From assembly GCA_004764695.1 (NCBI GenBank), contig SMSO01000032.1, positions 3,752,483 to 3,816,482 of the forward strand: a DNA stretch of 64,000 nucleotides. The letters run 5' to 3'. The notes beneath the pieces are model-generated. The model was not told the DNA's origin, made no database searches, and saw only the letters and a program-made list of their open reading frames with translations. Each line of letters starts with the position of its first letter. The stretch's first letter is position 1. Source of the stretch: Schizochytrium sp. TIO01 (lineage: Eukaryota; Protista; Bigyra: Labyrinthulomycetes). Made by a program: the position numbers and the translations under genes. This document shows, one piece after another, positions 11,334 to 25,126 of the stretch.

Positions 11334-11395
11334 AAAAAGTCTTTATAAAAGTCTTTATAAAAGTCTTTATAAAAAGTCTTTATAAAAAGTCTTTA
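11334..11395. repeat. Minisatellite, 12-13 bp unit AAAA(A)GTCTTTAT, about 5 copies
   Basis: Direct reading. Confidence 0.9.
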
Positions 11396-12964
11396 CCTAT
11401 CTTTTCCCAATCCCTAGTGCCTCTTAGCTGAGTGCTAAGTACCTACCTACCTAAGCAACCTGAAAGAGTTCTCTCCTCACTTTTCTTTGAATTTGGGATT
11501 GAACCTTTTCAATCGAGTTAGTTCTTATAGTTACTACGCAGTGCTTCCTTTAGTTTAAAGACAGACGCCCGAAAGAAGAAGAAGGCGAAGGATCTTTCTT
11601 TTCTGCTCATATTCTGTGACGCCGTTTTAGTATTATGGTCAAACTTTAATAAATAAATAAATAACTTTAAATAAATACCTTTAAATAAATAACTCTAAAT
11701 AAGTAAGTAAAAATGGTATCCTTATAACAGCACTTTGCGGAATGAACACAATTGTACGCTCATTCGAAGCTCCAAGCGCGCGATCAGCCATCTTCGCGTA
11801 CCTTCTAAAGCGCCCTCTCGAGATCGAGGACGCCTCCATCTGCTGCAAACAAAGGCCTTTTTGATCGCGATCTCGAAAGTGCTCTCGAGAAAATAGCTCA
11901 GATTTTGAGCGAATAGATAGACAGATCGATGGACAGATAGATAGATAGTTAGATAAATAGATATCAATCGATGCACGAATGCATCAATGAATAATGAATA
12001 CCCAAAAGATTTCACTCGTTTTCTTTCTCTCTCTCTTTCCCCTCAGTTCCTGCGGCATATATGGAGAGTCTCAGAGTTTATAGTAGCTAAGCCCTAGTCG
12101 CCGCGGACAGAGGAGGACCTTCCCTCTTAGAGTTTAGTGTGGCCACACTGTTTTAATTTGAACTTACTTACTTACTTTATGAAACTAATAATATGAAATT
12201 CTGTCAAAGCGAGTTTTCTGTAGAAATTGCGATTCCTTGAGTTGAGCTCTCGAAGAAAACACGGCCTCTGCAAAGGAGGTTCCATACACTCTGACGCCCC
12301 TCGGGCTTTGAGGCGTCCTCACATTTGCACAGACGGCTTCGACAGATACTTTCAGATTCAGGCCATCGTGAATTCGGGGTAGGTTAGAGAGTCAAAGGAG
12401 ATTCAGGCCTTTCAATAATCCAAGTTTCGCCTAGCCAGCCCCTACCGTTGCCTAGCCCTTCCCTGGCATAGAGGAAATAAGTTTTCATTAATAAGCTTTC
12501 CCTTAATTTCCCCTTTGAAAGTACTTCGAGTTCTCCTTTCTTCAATGGGACGTGACGTAATCTTAGCTTTGGTAATGTACCATTAGGCCCACCCTACGGG
12601 TCCTCAGACAGCCCAACTAGCCAGGCACTAGCAGTTACTACCGCAGACTAAGAAGCTAAGATCAAAAACTTTTCTCTTTTCTCTTTCTGCTCTTAATTTA
12701 AGAAGAACATCACAAATTCAGACTCCAGATAAGGAAGAAGAAGGAAGGAAGACCTCTCTAAACCTGCACTGTAAACTGTTTTGTATACATTCACTGTAAG
12801 CCTAACATTCGAATTTCCCTTTCGGCTAAACCTTTAGGCAGTCTTAAGGTCCGTTTACGGACTCCTATCTATCGCTTCCCTTTCCGAGGTGGACCATCTA
12901 GCGCCAGCCTCCTAAAGTTTTCCGTAACAACCTACATAAGAGCCGTTGCTTCCCGTGTTTAGTA

Positions 12965-12966
12965 TT

Positions 12967-13018
<52 letters not shown>

Positions 13019-13020
13019 TT
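12965..13020. repeat. (TTTC)n microsatellite
   Basis: Direct reading. Confidence 0.95.
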
Positions 13021-13339
13021 TTCTTTTTCTTTTAATTGATTGAAAAGAACGAGGGAAGAAGAGAGTCCATGGGCGGAAAAGGTCAGTGCGCTCCTTCTCT
13101 GTGTCGCATTCGCAATGACCTAAGCGGATTTAAAGACCGCGGTGGGCGGATCTCTGTCCTCTATCGCCTCTCTTGGCGGTTTTCCCTTCTGCTGTCGTTT
13201 CTATCTCTGCCCTTCTTTCTAATTATCTAACTATCTATCTAATTATCCACTCCTTCATTCAATTTTGCTTAGTCACACACACTCTAACTCACTCACTGAC
13301 TGCCTTCCTTTCTGACGAGTGAGAAAGAGAGAAAGAGAG

Positions 13340-13393
13340 TGAATGAGTGAATGAGTGAATTGATGAATGAATGAATGAATGAATGAATGAATG
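13340..13393. repeat. (TGAA/TGAG)n microsatellite
   Basis: Direct reading. Confidence 0.9.
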
Positions 13394-15290
13394 ACTGTAT
13401 CTTCGTGTTGGGGTATCGACTCTTAAGCCCTCCAGGCCTGCTCAGGACCGCTCGCCCGTTGCAGGACCGCTATGGGGGAGGCTTGAGCCTTAGAACCTCT
13501 CCTCGTCTATCTTATCAGCCTCTCCGTCTTGATCTATTTATTCTTTTAATAAATTATTCTTTTATCTACTTATTCTTTTATTCATTTATTCATTTATTCA
13601 TTTTTTTGTTGACTGACTGACCTCAAGTTAGTTTCAAAAATTAAAATTAAGATATGGAGGCTTCCTACGTATCACCAGCGTAGGTGTCGAAGCGTAGGAA
13701 CTATTCAGATCACTGCAAGTATGCACCGGCATCTATCTAACCTATTTGTCATCAGCTATTCATGACTCGTTCGGTCTCATGTTTCCAAGCATCACTTTTA
13801 GGCTACTGATGCGGTGCGCATTTTCTTCTGTTTCTTTTGGCTTATAAACTGGAAACTGAAATCTACAATTTGCTGCTTTATTATTATATTTTAATTTTAT
13901 AATTTTATAATTTTATAATAGACATGTAGATACATAGTACATATATGTAAAGAGTAACCACATGATTAAGTTTACTTTTCATATCTATCTGAGATTGAGT
14001 GATTCTATTATTCTAAAGTCAAATATCAGTGGTAGGTCTGTCTGTATCTACGAAGAACAAAGCTCTGAATGCGGACTTCTGTTGTTTGAGAAGGCCTCTC
14101 AAAGCTGTGCATTCCCTCATCGACAATCGGCCAAAGGTGCTTTCTACCGTGTCAACTCCTCCTCTGAGGCTGCCTTCCTCAGCATCCGCTCAATCCCAAC
14201 CATCGCCTGAAAGAAAGAGAAGCAGGCAGAGAATTCTACTATGCTATCGAGGACAAAAATGAACTGCTCACTCTTCGAAAGACCCTTGCTCGCAGGCGCG
14301 CGCGCACTGTGGGCGACCCTCCTCTCAAACCGCAGGGGAAATTCGGCCAGAGTACCACCATGTCACGCACCGCTGCGGGAACAGCGGTTAGACTGACCTC
14401 ACCTTTTTGTCCAACTTATCAGGAGTCACTCCACTGGCGCTGCGGGGCTCAGGGGCGACCATGTGGGGTCTCTTCCACTCTCTCTCTCTCCCTCTCTCTC
14501 TTCGAGCATCCCCCTTCCTCACAAAAGATACTTGCTAGTGCCTACCTAACACTTTCGTTAGTAATGGTGAAGTGCGCAGTGCGAGAACTTTCTTTCTTTC
14601 TCTCTTCCTCTCAATCCTCAATCTTCAATCATGCGTCTCCAGCCACCACGGGCGAAGAAGAACGCCAAAGAACACCGCAAGTCCATCCCTATTATCATCC
14701 AATCGTTCCAATCCTCCGTTCCACTCGGTCGCGGTCCTTTCTGAGGGAGGCAGACCAGCCCCATCGTTCTGTTCTCTATCGCTTGTTCGTTCCGTTCGTT
14801 CTCTCTGCGGTGTTCCGTCTGGGCGTCGTATTAGCGCCCTGGGCGAGGCGGCCAAGAAGACAGCCGGGGCGTGTCTGAGGAAGAAGAGGGACTGTTCTCG
14901 CGTTCTCTTCTCGGCGCGGCGCCCTTGCAGAACAGGCCCGCCTCTGGGTTGGAGAAGTACGTATCTAAGTACCTTGATTTCAATTCGGAAACTCTGAGAG
15001 GGGTGAGCATGGGTCTGCTCTCTACGACTGAGTTCTGTGACCTGCGGAATTGAAGAAGACCTCGAGAGCGAGGTTTGATTTATTTCCTGGGATCGAGGTA
15101 TTTATTTGCTTGCTGGTTGCATGCATGCATGCATGGCTTCATTGTAATGAGGCAACTTGTGAACCGCGATGCAGCACTTTACTTTCTGGGATCTATTTAT
15201 AGACTCTGTCAGAGTTTGGTAATGCATCGATTGATGATGAATTGAGATCTTAAGGGTAAGGCTCGAGATTCAAGATCCGAGATTGCATGA

Positions 15291-15412
15291 TTTTGATCTG
15301 ATTTTGATCTGATGTTGGTCTTATTTGAGCTTAGTTGAGCTCACTTGAGCTCATTTGATCTCATTTGATGATCTCTTTTGATCTCATTTGAGCTCATCTG
15401 ATGATCTCTTTT
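15291..15412. repeat. Degenerate ~10-bp tandem repeat (TTTGA[G/T]CTCA-like)
   Basis: ttgatctgat, ttgagctcac, ttgagctcat, ttgatctcat units. Confidence 0.8.
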
Positions 15413-18400
15413 CGCGGTCGGTCATTCAGCCAACCAGCCATTCAGTCGGTCATTCAGTCAATCAGGCACCCAAGCTCGACGCACGTCAAACAACCGCTCT
15501 CGAAGATCTTGCTGTACTTCGATCTTTGCGCAGGCCCAAAGCAACATCAGTGGCAGGGACTCAGGGACTGCTTCTGTGTTTGATTGTACTGTTGGACCTA
15601 TCCATGTTCATCAGTATCATCGATTAAAGTTGCAGAACCCCAAATGGCCTTGCTTGCCTTCTCAAGGCAAGAGTTCTAAGATCAAGTAGTCTCCTGTTTG
15701 GTTTCACGAAAGATACATCTAGTTCGATCCGGCTCCAAAGCTGTGTCTATTGGCGTGTAAATCGCTCCTCTCGCTCGCTATGCTCAGTGGTCGGCCATGT
15801 GTCTTCAATACCCATCTCTTTGGCGCCTTCATGGCCGTTCTAGGTATACAAACTTCTGATGTCATGGTTCATGATGCAATAGAATCGATACTTTTCCTCA
15901 CACAAAGATGACTCAAGTTTGACCAGAGACTCTGTACAATACAAGCAGAATGGTGGAATCGAGTGTAGGGAACTCAGTTAGCCCTGAAGACGTCTTTGTA
16001 AACGTTCCTGAGGCATTCCGTCGAGAAACTCAGCCACTGTTTATGCGGCTGAAGCAGTCAAAGCGGCAGAGCCCCCCTGCGTCCTCGGCATTGGCAGCCG
16101 TGCATTCAATCTCCGCCATAAATCAATCAATCAATTAATCATTCATTCGTTCATTCATTCATTCATTCATTCAACCAAGAAAACTTGGGAACCTTAGCAA
16201 AGCTGGTAAAAGGGTTGCGCAAGCAGATCATTATTCCAGTTCATCGGAAATACCTACTAGGGCTCTCAAGCACCGCAGCGAACGATAAAGCGATCTCTAA
16301 GAAATCGCTGTAAAGCTCTTCGGATACGATATCGACCAATATATCGTGACGTAGAAAGCAAGCGGATAACGGCAGCAAGCTTACTGGGCTTCAGGGCGAG
16401 TCCCAAAATGCACGACCGTCCTGGCCATCATAGTCCAATTTCGTTCAAGGCAATCACTTTCTTTTTCTTTTCTTTCTTTCCTTGTGAGTATTTTATTAAC
16501 TTTTAAAATATGCATTTAATATGTTTATATATTAAAAATTAATTATTAAAATAAAATGAAATAAAATTAAGTATTAAAGAAAAGAGCAACAACATTTTCT
16601 TGAATATATAAATACAATTTTAAAACTTTATACTTCTTCTTCTATTTTTTAATTGAGAATGGCAAATGTGAAGTATAATGCAAATTATAACGCCCGCTGC
16701 TTTATGTTGTGCGGCGGTGGCTTCAAGGATGTCGAGCCCGTCAGCTGTGAAAGATGTATGGGAGGACTGCGAAGAGATTTCACGTTTTTTCAACATCAAT
16801 TCATCTATTTTAACTTTTTATTTTACATCATTGTAATTTGTAATTTTCCAAGGCCAAGTTTTTCTAAATTAAAAAGGAGGTAGGTAGGTTGGTACTTCAG
16901 GATGGAGTTGAGTTTTCGAGTTTTCTGTAAAGAGTATTGTTATGTGCATCAAGAGATGCAAATCCTGGCAAGTATTGCAGACTAGATACCACTCGGCCAA
17001 GGACCTGAGAATCTCAAGTTCTGCTCCACAGGATCTCAACGATCTGAACGTGCTTCTAGTCTACTAGTCTACAGGCATTTGAGCGAGTAGGTGAGTAGGT
17101 GAGTGAGTGAGTACACGACTGAGCATTCAAGCCCTCTAGGTGGTCAAAGTGCATGGAGGACATCATCTATCTAGTTGGCTGTAGCTCCTTGAATAGCCTT
17201 ATACTGTACGCGAATAGGATTTAATGTTGCTTGATGATAGAAATTGAACCTCCCATCAGGACTTCTCACAGTACCTAGGCTGGAGTCCAAGCCTCAAAAA
17301 TAAACTTTTGACCGGTGATTTATATGGAAAAACAACTCACACATGGAGAGCAGCCCCGATATTAGACTCGAACGCAGCTACAACAATCTAACACAGCACG
17401 CCTAAATCCACGTCAAACGACAGCTACCGAGGTGAAGAAATTTGGAGGCTTTAACACCGCGCGGTGAGTGGTTTTCACAAGGCTAGTGGCAGCGATGAGG
17501 CAATGAAATCAGATTCTGAGGATACTAACTAATGCTCTGCAAAGACGCGGCCTTAGCTTGGTTTTGTCTTCGTAGAAGAGAAGAGAAGTTTATACTGTCG
17601 AGAAAAAAGAGAATAGAACTGAAGGGCTTAGCTTTATTATTTTATATATCATCATTACCGAGAGAGAAGCATAGAAAAGGCATTTTTCGTGAACATGGCG
17701 GTGCTTGACATCACACCGATGCTCCAGCTAACGCCTTAAATGATTATTCTTTGGAGGAAATGAAAAACAAAGTTGATAGCTTCGCAACGAAAGACATAAA
17801 ACCTTTCGTTTCTGGAGATCATGGAATTCTTTTGATTACTAAAAGGAGACCTCGAGCGGCGATAGTTTCATTTGTTGTAGAGAAGCGCCAAAACATGCTT
17901 CTCAAAGAACATTTGAGCATACTCGCATGAGAAAAATGATCGAAAATTGTCGCAATCCGAATTTTGACATCAATAGATCATCCGCCGGCAACTAAAGCTT
18001 AACCCAGGTGTCCGCACTAAAGTATGCACCTGTAAGAGATGAAGTATCGGTGCGGGGCACGCTTTGTGCTAGCAGTTTCCAGATTATTCTTATTTATATC
18101 ATTTAACTCATGTGTGTGTTTCACCATTCTAAATGTCGTTAGGGTCAGGTTAGCATTTTGCAAGTATGCTAAAGTGTTTTGGGCACATGAGCCCAGGAAT
18201 GATGCTCCCATAGACTATTGAAAGCATTAACTTAATGAAACGAATAATCTTGCTTGTAAATTTTAACATTTTGCTTGCTGGTCATTCAGCTCGCTTCTCT
18301 TTATGAAACAAACTATTAACGTTTGGACTTACACTATTGAAAAATAAGAATGAGAAAATTCCTAAGTATTTTGTTTTCTATCTCTTATCGTAGCAACCTT

Positions 18401-19218
18401 CCAACCCTAGTTCGGACCCACCCAATGTTCGCTTTAGGGCGGGACAACTGCTGCAACGCATGGATGTGATATGTCAAAGTGCACCTATTTAGATAGTTTT
18501 TAAAAATTACCTAACTCAAGATGAACATTCCTTCTTCCCTTTGCCTTTGTGACAAATCGAAACGAAAAGTTGATGGAATAGCCGGAGTCTCATTAACTAA
18601 TTGCTACCAAAACTTGAAACTATAACGAACAATTTTTCTTAATATTGGCGGTCATTTTATCGTGGGAGGCCCAATTTTCATGTCAATAGTCCCTACCTTT
18701 GATTATAAATAAATAAATAAATAAACAAATAATATTTCCCCCAGTTTCTTTTCTTGTTTGAAGCCATATGAGAATAAGTATCATGACGAGTACATCGTAT
18801 ATCTGGTTTCACTTCATTCTCTGCGCGTAGACTAAGCGTTTTATATATCTACAAATAATGTCATTCACACTCTTGCCCATTAGTAGCACATAATTCAAAC
18901 AATATACTTAGCAGCTTTTGTAATTTCGTTCTTTCCGGGAATCTATGACAATTCACCTCCTACCAATCCCATTTTAAAATGTTAAATTATCCTGAATCAA
19001 ACTTTGAAGGAATCAGAACTACTCGCAGGAAAGACTCATTACAGTTAACACTTCACCATAACGGTAACAACAGTCCCCGTGTACCTCTTCTCAAAGTGTG
19101 CACTAGAGGTAGAAGGTAAATAAACCTTCTTCCTGTACATGACAGGGTAAATTAATTTGCTCAAGGATACCAAGACTTTGACTAAAATCGATTTTTAGGC
19201 TTCTCATCCGCTCCCGCG

Positions 19219-20400
19219 ATGGAAGTGGAGGGCGCCGTCTCTGCTGCCCCTGCTGCAGCAGCTCCTGCTGAGGCAGCAGCTCCCTCATCCAACCCTACTG
19301 CTCCTGCAGTGGCATCAAAAGTCACGCGCAAAGATGGGACTTGGGATGCTGGTTTTGTGGACGCCAATGGTCTCATGCAAGGTCTTGGCGTGCGAATGAT
19401 AGTGCCAGGACGCGAGTGGTACGAAGGCGAGTTCGTGGACGGTGAGCCTCATGGAAAAGGTTCTTACCGACACGCGAACGGCATGATCACCTGCGGCGAA
19501 TTTCAAAACGGCAAGGCCCACGGCTTTGCACGCCGCGAGTTTCCGTCCGGCGACGTCTTCTCGGGCGAGTTTAAAGACGGACTTAGCAACGGCCGAGGAT
19601 CTTATAAATTTGCAAACGGAGACATATTTGAGGGAGAGTTCACGAGCGGAGGTGCGAGTGGAAGAGGCATTAAACAATTTGCTCAAGGGATGCGGTACAC
19701 TGGCGAGTTTCTTAATGATGCCATGTCTGGAAAGGGACTTTTGCAGTACAGTAATGGCGATGTTTACAAGGGCGAGTTCAAGGAAAACATGATGTCTGGC
19801 AAAGGTCTATATCAGTTTGATAGTGGTGACTACTGCACAGGAGCGTTTACAGCTGATGCGATGGACGGGCCTGGAGAATTATTTTTTGCGAATGGTGATA
19901 AGTACGTGGGAGACTTCAAAAATGATGAACCTTGTGGAAAGGGCATCTACGTCTGGGCGGCGGAGAATGGCGAGCCCAACGAAACCTATGAAGGACAGTT
20001 TGAAAACGCACTTATGCAGCCCAGGGGTAGAAGGACATTTAAGGATGGATCTTCCTGGACAGGGCCGTTCAGGGATGGCAAGCCCAATGGAGCAGGTATC
20101 TTTAGATTTCCAACGGTTGGCCCAGATGCAGGTAGGGAGGTTGAATGCACTTATAAAATGGGAGACCTCCAGGACGAAGGAGTACCAACTGCAACAGGAA
20201 TCCCTGCTTCGATTACCAGCAGCCATGCTATGGGTGTGAGTTCAGCATCAGCTCAGGCCAGTGTAGCGTCAACATCGATTCCGGCAGCCCTAGCAACATC
20301 ACCAGGAACGGGGTCTTCAGCACCCATGGGAATTGGTCTTGGTGCAGAGGATGCTACGCAAGAAGAAGCAGAAGGTATCGATGCACTCATGTCCTTCTAA
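19219..20400 (+). CDS. MORN-repeat protein
   Basis: About 11 tandem ~23-aa repeats of type YEGEFxDGxxHGKGxYxxxNGD, flanked by Ala/Ser-rich low-complexity ends; no kinase domain. Confidence 0.92.
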   Translation: MEVEGAVSAAPAAAAPAEAAAPSSNPTAPAVASKVTRKDGTWDAGFVDANGLMQGLGVRMIVPGREWYEGEFVDGEPHGKGSYRHANGMITCGEFQNGKAHGFARREFPSGDVFSGEFKDGLSNGRGSYKFANGDIFEGEFTSGGASGRGIKQFAQGMRYTGEFLNDAMSGKGLLQYSNGDVYKGEFKENMMSGKGLYQFDSGDYCTGAFTADAMDGPGELFFANGDKYVGDFKNDEPCGKGIYVWAAENGEPNETYEGQFENALMQPRGRRTFKDGSSWTGPFRDGKPNGAGIFRFPTVGPDAGREVECTYKMGDLQDEGVPTATGIPASITSSHAMGVSSASAQASVASTSIPAALATSPGTGSSAPMGIGLGAEDATQEEAEGIDALMSF

Positions 20401-21283
20401 ATGAATCTGTACTCTGACTGTTGCATTATCGTACAGCAGCGCCGAGGGTTAGCCCCTTTGTTCATGCGTTCTGGCGCTACAGTCGGGAAGCCGTGGCCCC
20501 GAAGATCATACTGCATTTGTTTATGTACGAGTGAGTCCTCACAATAGTTAAAGGTTTTTCCCATCTTGTTTATCTACATCAACTACGGAGAAGCTGGTCT
20601 GCTTCATCTGAGTGTCTAGAAATCACAGGTTCCCGTTGAAACGTGGTTCTTTGTTTGCCGTATCTCTCCCAACAGCTTTATATTAAAAACAAATCAAACA
20701 AGACTTTTGCCACTTATTCTATTGTTTAGGTTTGTAGGCTTTTAATAATTTGATAGGGCGTATTTATAGATCTAAGATGCGGATAATACTATCAGACTTT
20801 AATTCTCAAAGACCTAGACCTTATTGTTTTCCTATTTGTTCTCTTCAGAGGCCGTTGGAGTACTCTTGTTGTGAAGGTTACCTTGATTCGCTATTTTTTT
20901 AATCAGTTAAACCATAAGCGATATCTCGCTGTTCTTACAGACAAAATAGCACCATAATTCATCGCGAAATTGACAAAGTAGCAGTATCTCTAGGACAAAC
21001 AAATTCCGTATGTACACAGCCGGTATGGAATCTCCAAATAAATCTTGTCTTGAATCTTTAAAAAGGCCTTAAACCCGCGGCCGACGTAAAGATCAAGTTG
21101 TAAGCTTTCTAAAAGAAGAAAACAAAGCTATCATGTAAAAGAATCCTGTTACTTTCTTAGAGCACTTCCTATCAAAGATTGCTGCATCATATCCTGCACA
21201 ATATTTGGCAAATACAAAATTTTATCATTCAATATATGAGCAGAGGTCAGCAGTGTATACAACACATCAATATGTTTAGCATT

Positions 21284-22375
21284 CTATGAGCGACGGGCAA
21301 TAATTTGTTGGAGACGCTCACGCCACTTAGAATGATCGAGCCGAGAAAAGTCTTCCTCGGTTTCTGCAATATGCTCCAAATACGCACCAATCTCCAAGAG
21401 CTCGCGATCGTTCACAGAGCGAGAGCGACGGCGCTTGAAAGCGGTGCATTGCAGGCCACTTTGGGGGTTCATTGCAAAATTCCGCGCCAGGTCATCAATA
21501 TGTACGGTGTTCTTTGCCGACCATTGCGGGAATTTAGCCCAAATAAGCTCTAGAGCCTTGACCTCGTGACGCTTCGTTTCCCCATCACGCTCGCGCGTTA
21601 CCTTGAACATGGATGTTCTGTCCAGAGCAAAACAAATTTTGTATTCAGAATGAGAGATAATGCCAAGTTCTGTGAGCTTGAGTTCTACATAGTGCCAACG
21701 TGTCTGCGACCATGCTACAATGTCAAAGTGCCTGTAAGCGGTCGCGAGGAACTCATCCATGAAAGGTCTCTTGAGATCTTCTGGTGATGATGAGTGCTTG
21801 CGGTAGCTAAAATCAAGTAATGTGTGGTCTAAGTCTAGTACAAGGAGGCCCTTTCCCTCTCGAGGGGAGTTCATAACGTGGATGACTGTTGTTTCAATGC
21901 GATCCGCGAGGGCCTCCCTGGCCTCTGCCATACGTAGCTCCGCCTCCAAATCTGCATGAGAGTAGTCAAAGTCAAGATCGTCCAAAATTTGGGCCCCAGC
22001 AGCAGCTTCTGCTGCGGCTTCCTCCATCTCGTCAATGAGTGTGTCTGGAGAGCCCATCATTTTAATCACATGTCCATTTGTGATGCCGAATTCCGCCATG
22101 CAAGTCTCAGGAGGCAACCTCGCTACTGGTTTACCTTTAATCTTGAGTCCAAAAATCTTTTGATTGTGTGGCTGAACACCAGTTTCTAACTCAATTAGAT
22201 CATGGAGATCTTCGACCGTCTCGCCGGAGTTCATCTGGAGCAAGAAATCGCTGCCGCCCCACTTCAGCACCAGGGACAAAGGCGATCCTCCAGCCGAGTC
22301 TACAAGCTCTTCGCCAGCCTGAGCAGCTCGAGGAGCAGCGCCTAGGCTATGGCGAGCATCACCTTTGGCACTCAT
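21284..22375 (-). CDS. UBLCP1: Ubiquitin-like domain-containing CTD phosphatase 1
   Basis: N-terminal UBL (LVLKWGG...TGVQPHNQKIFGL...IKMMG) plus FCP1/HAD phosphatase (LLVLDLDHTL, KRPF, WSQT, HIDDLARNFAMNPQSGL). Confidence 0.92.
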   Translation of the reverse strand: MSAKGDARHSLGAAPRAAQAGEELVDSAGGSPLSLVLKWGGSDFLLQMNSGETVEDLHDLIELETGVQPHNQKIFGLKIKGKPVARLPPETCMAEFGITNGHVIKMMGSPDTLIDEMEEAAAEAAAGAQILDDLDFDYSHADLEAELRMAEAREALADRIETTVIHVMNSPREGKGLLVLDLDHTLLDFSYRKHSSSPEDLKRPFMDEFLATAYRHFDIVAWSQTRWHYVELKLTELGIISHSEYKICFALDRTSMFKVTRERDGETKRHEVKALELIWAKFPQWSAKNTVHIDDLARNFAMNPQSGLQCTAFKRRRSRSVNDRELLEIGAYLEHIAETEEDFSRLDHSKWRERLQQIIARRS

Positions 22376-25126
22376 TGCGAATAATGGAGCTTATACCTCC
22401 TGCTAGACTTCTCCTGCTTCGTTCTGTACACGCGGAATCGCAAAAAAAACCTTTGCAGTTGACGAACTTCGATTCTCAACACAATACCTACCAAGTCGCG
22501 AGGAGACTGTAACTGAGGCGTGTTCCCAACACACCCTGTATGACTAAGCGCTGTAAGTCAGGGGCGAGCTCTGGGCTTGTCAAATTGGAAACTGTCCTTC
22601 GAGTAAACACCGAAAGGTCTTTAGTGAGCATTGATTTGTTGTGTGCTTCTTTGCGTTGAAACAACAATCTATGTACTACTAAAAAGGCGTAGTGCTTATT
22701 ATGCAGTACTAGGAAATACGTTCTTCAATACTCTTTAGAAGAAATACTATTATACTGCTTCTCTTTTAGATTTTTATTTTATGAATTGCTTTGAGACCCT
22801 GGAATCGATCGTACACCCAAACTTGGTGCTTGGGCTTTGTTGCTGACAAGTTGTAGTCGACAGCGAGAATCTTGGTGCGACATTAAAGACAAAATACACC
22901 AAGTAATTCGTTGCTCACGCGTCCTACAGAATTAGCGCTTCTTTATTTTCGATGCTAATGGAAGGTTCCTGAGAGCGCTCAGAGGAAAGCTGTATTCCCA
23001 CAATCTCGGCGTGGTGCTAACGTGTTATAAGTGGTTACAAGGTACCCGGGATTTTATTGACTGAGGTTCCATCGAAGATCCTGAATAAGAATGTTCTGCG
23101 ATAGATATTGCTTTGAATTAACCCATCCTAGGATAGAGAAAAACAAACAGCTATATCTAGAAAAGCAGAAAATTCTACAAGTAGATTGAAGTATGGCTAC
23201 ATAATGGACTAACTATTTTCAAAAACCCAAGAGAATCGTCACATCACATGTCAGTGTTGAAAGACACATGCATATTCTTGAGAATGCTCCATAGTAAATC
23301 AGTCATCTACTTTTTTTTTTGGTGCTTTTTTTTTTTATAATCACGCTACTCGGCCAGGGTCTTGAAAAAGGGGAAATCTGAAAGTTAACGTTTTCCAAGT
23401 GATCGAAGGATTTGCCCTTAAAACTTTGCACCTTTTTGTAAATCATATTTACGATAAGAAATTTAGAACTTATAGTCTTTATCAACACCCAATTTACAAA
23501 TCTACCTCACAATTTTTGGCAAGAGTGGTGTCTTAATAACGATTCGTGCATCTATGAAGCTACCTGTGCACTACCTTACTGGCGTACCAAGTTTCACAAG
23601 CTGTAGAATATGGGCGTTCTACCTTTATGAGCAGCAATGCTATTTTTTGCACTAAACTATCAAATTATCTTCGCACGTCGAAATACGATTATGAAGCCTC
23701 GGTATCTCTATTCTGACTCTCAAAAGGAGAAACATTGTATATTTTCACTTCTCTAAAAAAATTAGAGTATAAGTGTATCGACGGAAGGTCTCGCCATCGC
23801 CGGCAATTCGTCCAAGGTTGTTCTGCATCAGTTTCCATATCCTAAGGACGGTGCGAGAGTACCAGACTTGCGCACACTCCTACTAGTTTCCTCAATTTCG
23901 GAAAAAGCAAAAAGCACAAAGCAAAAAAAAACGAAACGAAACGACTGACATGGAATATAATCTAATCGGCGACCGCGTTGAAAATCTCGCGCGAAGCTCT
24001 CTTTCGTCTACTACAAGTTAAACCAGCACCAAGTAGAAAAGCATGAGTTACCTAGCGCAGTGCCTGCTTTAACTCAGGGAAAACACTTCACTTTGAGGAG
24101 GGAGTGTGTAGAACAAGAGAGCGATATAAGAACATTACACTCTTTTTAACTCTAGATTGGTAGTAGGTTACTTGAATTTCCACGCGACCACTCAAAACTT
24201 ACAAGACACGGATATACTATGATTTATATGGGAGGTGCGGCACGTGTGCAAATTGAAACACGATCATCAAGTTGGTAGCAGTCCGCAAGAAAGGCTTTCT
24301 TTGCCCACGTTGCTGCTTGCACCCAACGGTGTTTGCAGGCACCATGCCAAAAGCTCAGCTACTGCTGCTGCTGCTGCTGCTTTTCAGGAGACAGCCTCGG
24401 GTTGATGGTCGACCGATAAGTCATGTTTTGCTGCGAAACAACATCTGGAAGTCCCATCTTTGCAAGATTGAAAAAAAAAGAAAACATTCTATTTTTCTTT
24501 ATTTGTCTCATAAATGAATAATAACATGGAAAGGTCTCCAAACACCAATTCTTCGCTCGCTCGTGCGCCTGCTCGCCTCGGCACGGTGCCGGTGGACGGA
24601 GCGCAGGGGCATCCTGCCGGGATTTGCGGTGGTGTTTCGTTGGTCCCAGACTGTAGTGAGGTGCCCTCTGGCCTCTAGTTCTGATCTCACGCAACTTAGG
24701 ATTGGCGGACCAGCGGTGCATCACTTCATAAATAAGGATCCCCGCCTTACCTGTATCCCTCTTCTGCAAGTGGCGTTCGAAGACAATCAAAAGCACAGGA
24801 AGCTGTTCGTCAGTCCTGGTTGTCAAGCTTGATTCTTGTGAAGTACTGCACTGTGTGAACATTCACGCACTCATCGCAACACGGTAGGTGGGTGCTCAGT
24901 GATCACTCACTGATCACGTGGTATGAATTCTGCTTCTGCCTAAATAAACATAACGATTGGAGAGCATAGACGCAGCACGTTCACGTCAAAGAGACACACG
25001 CTGTTTGCAGTTTCAACACTCCAGCGAAGACCGCTGGGCGACGATCTTCGCAGCTTGATTACGGCGGGTTTTGCAAATCTACAGACAAGAAAATAGACGG
25101 GAGATTTTGCGAGATTTGTGTGCATC

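Noticed and set aside
13962-15053. Overlapping 140-190 aa ORFs
   Set aside because: Low complexity, overlapping in several frames, no recognisable domain.
17353-17430. Minus-strand GTTCGAGTC resembling a tRNA T-loop
   Set aside because: Flanks do not pair into a T-stem or cloverleaf.
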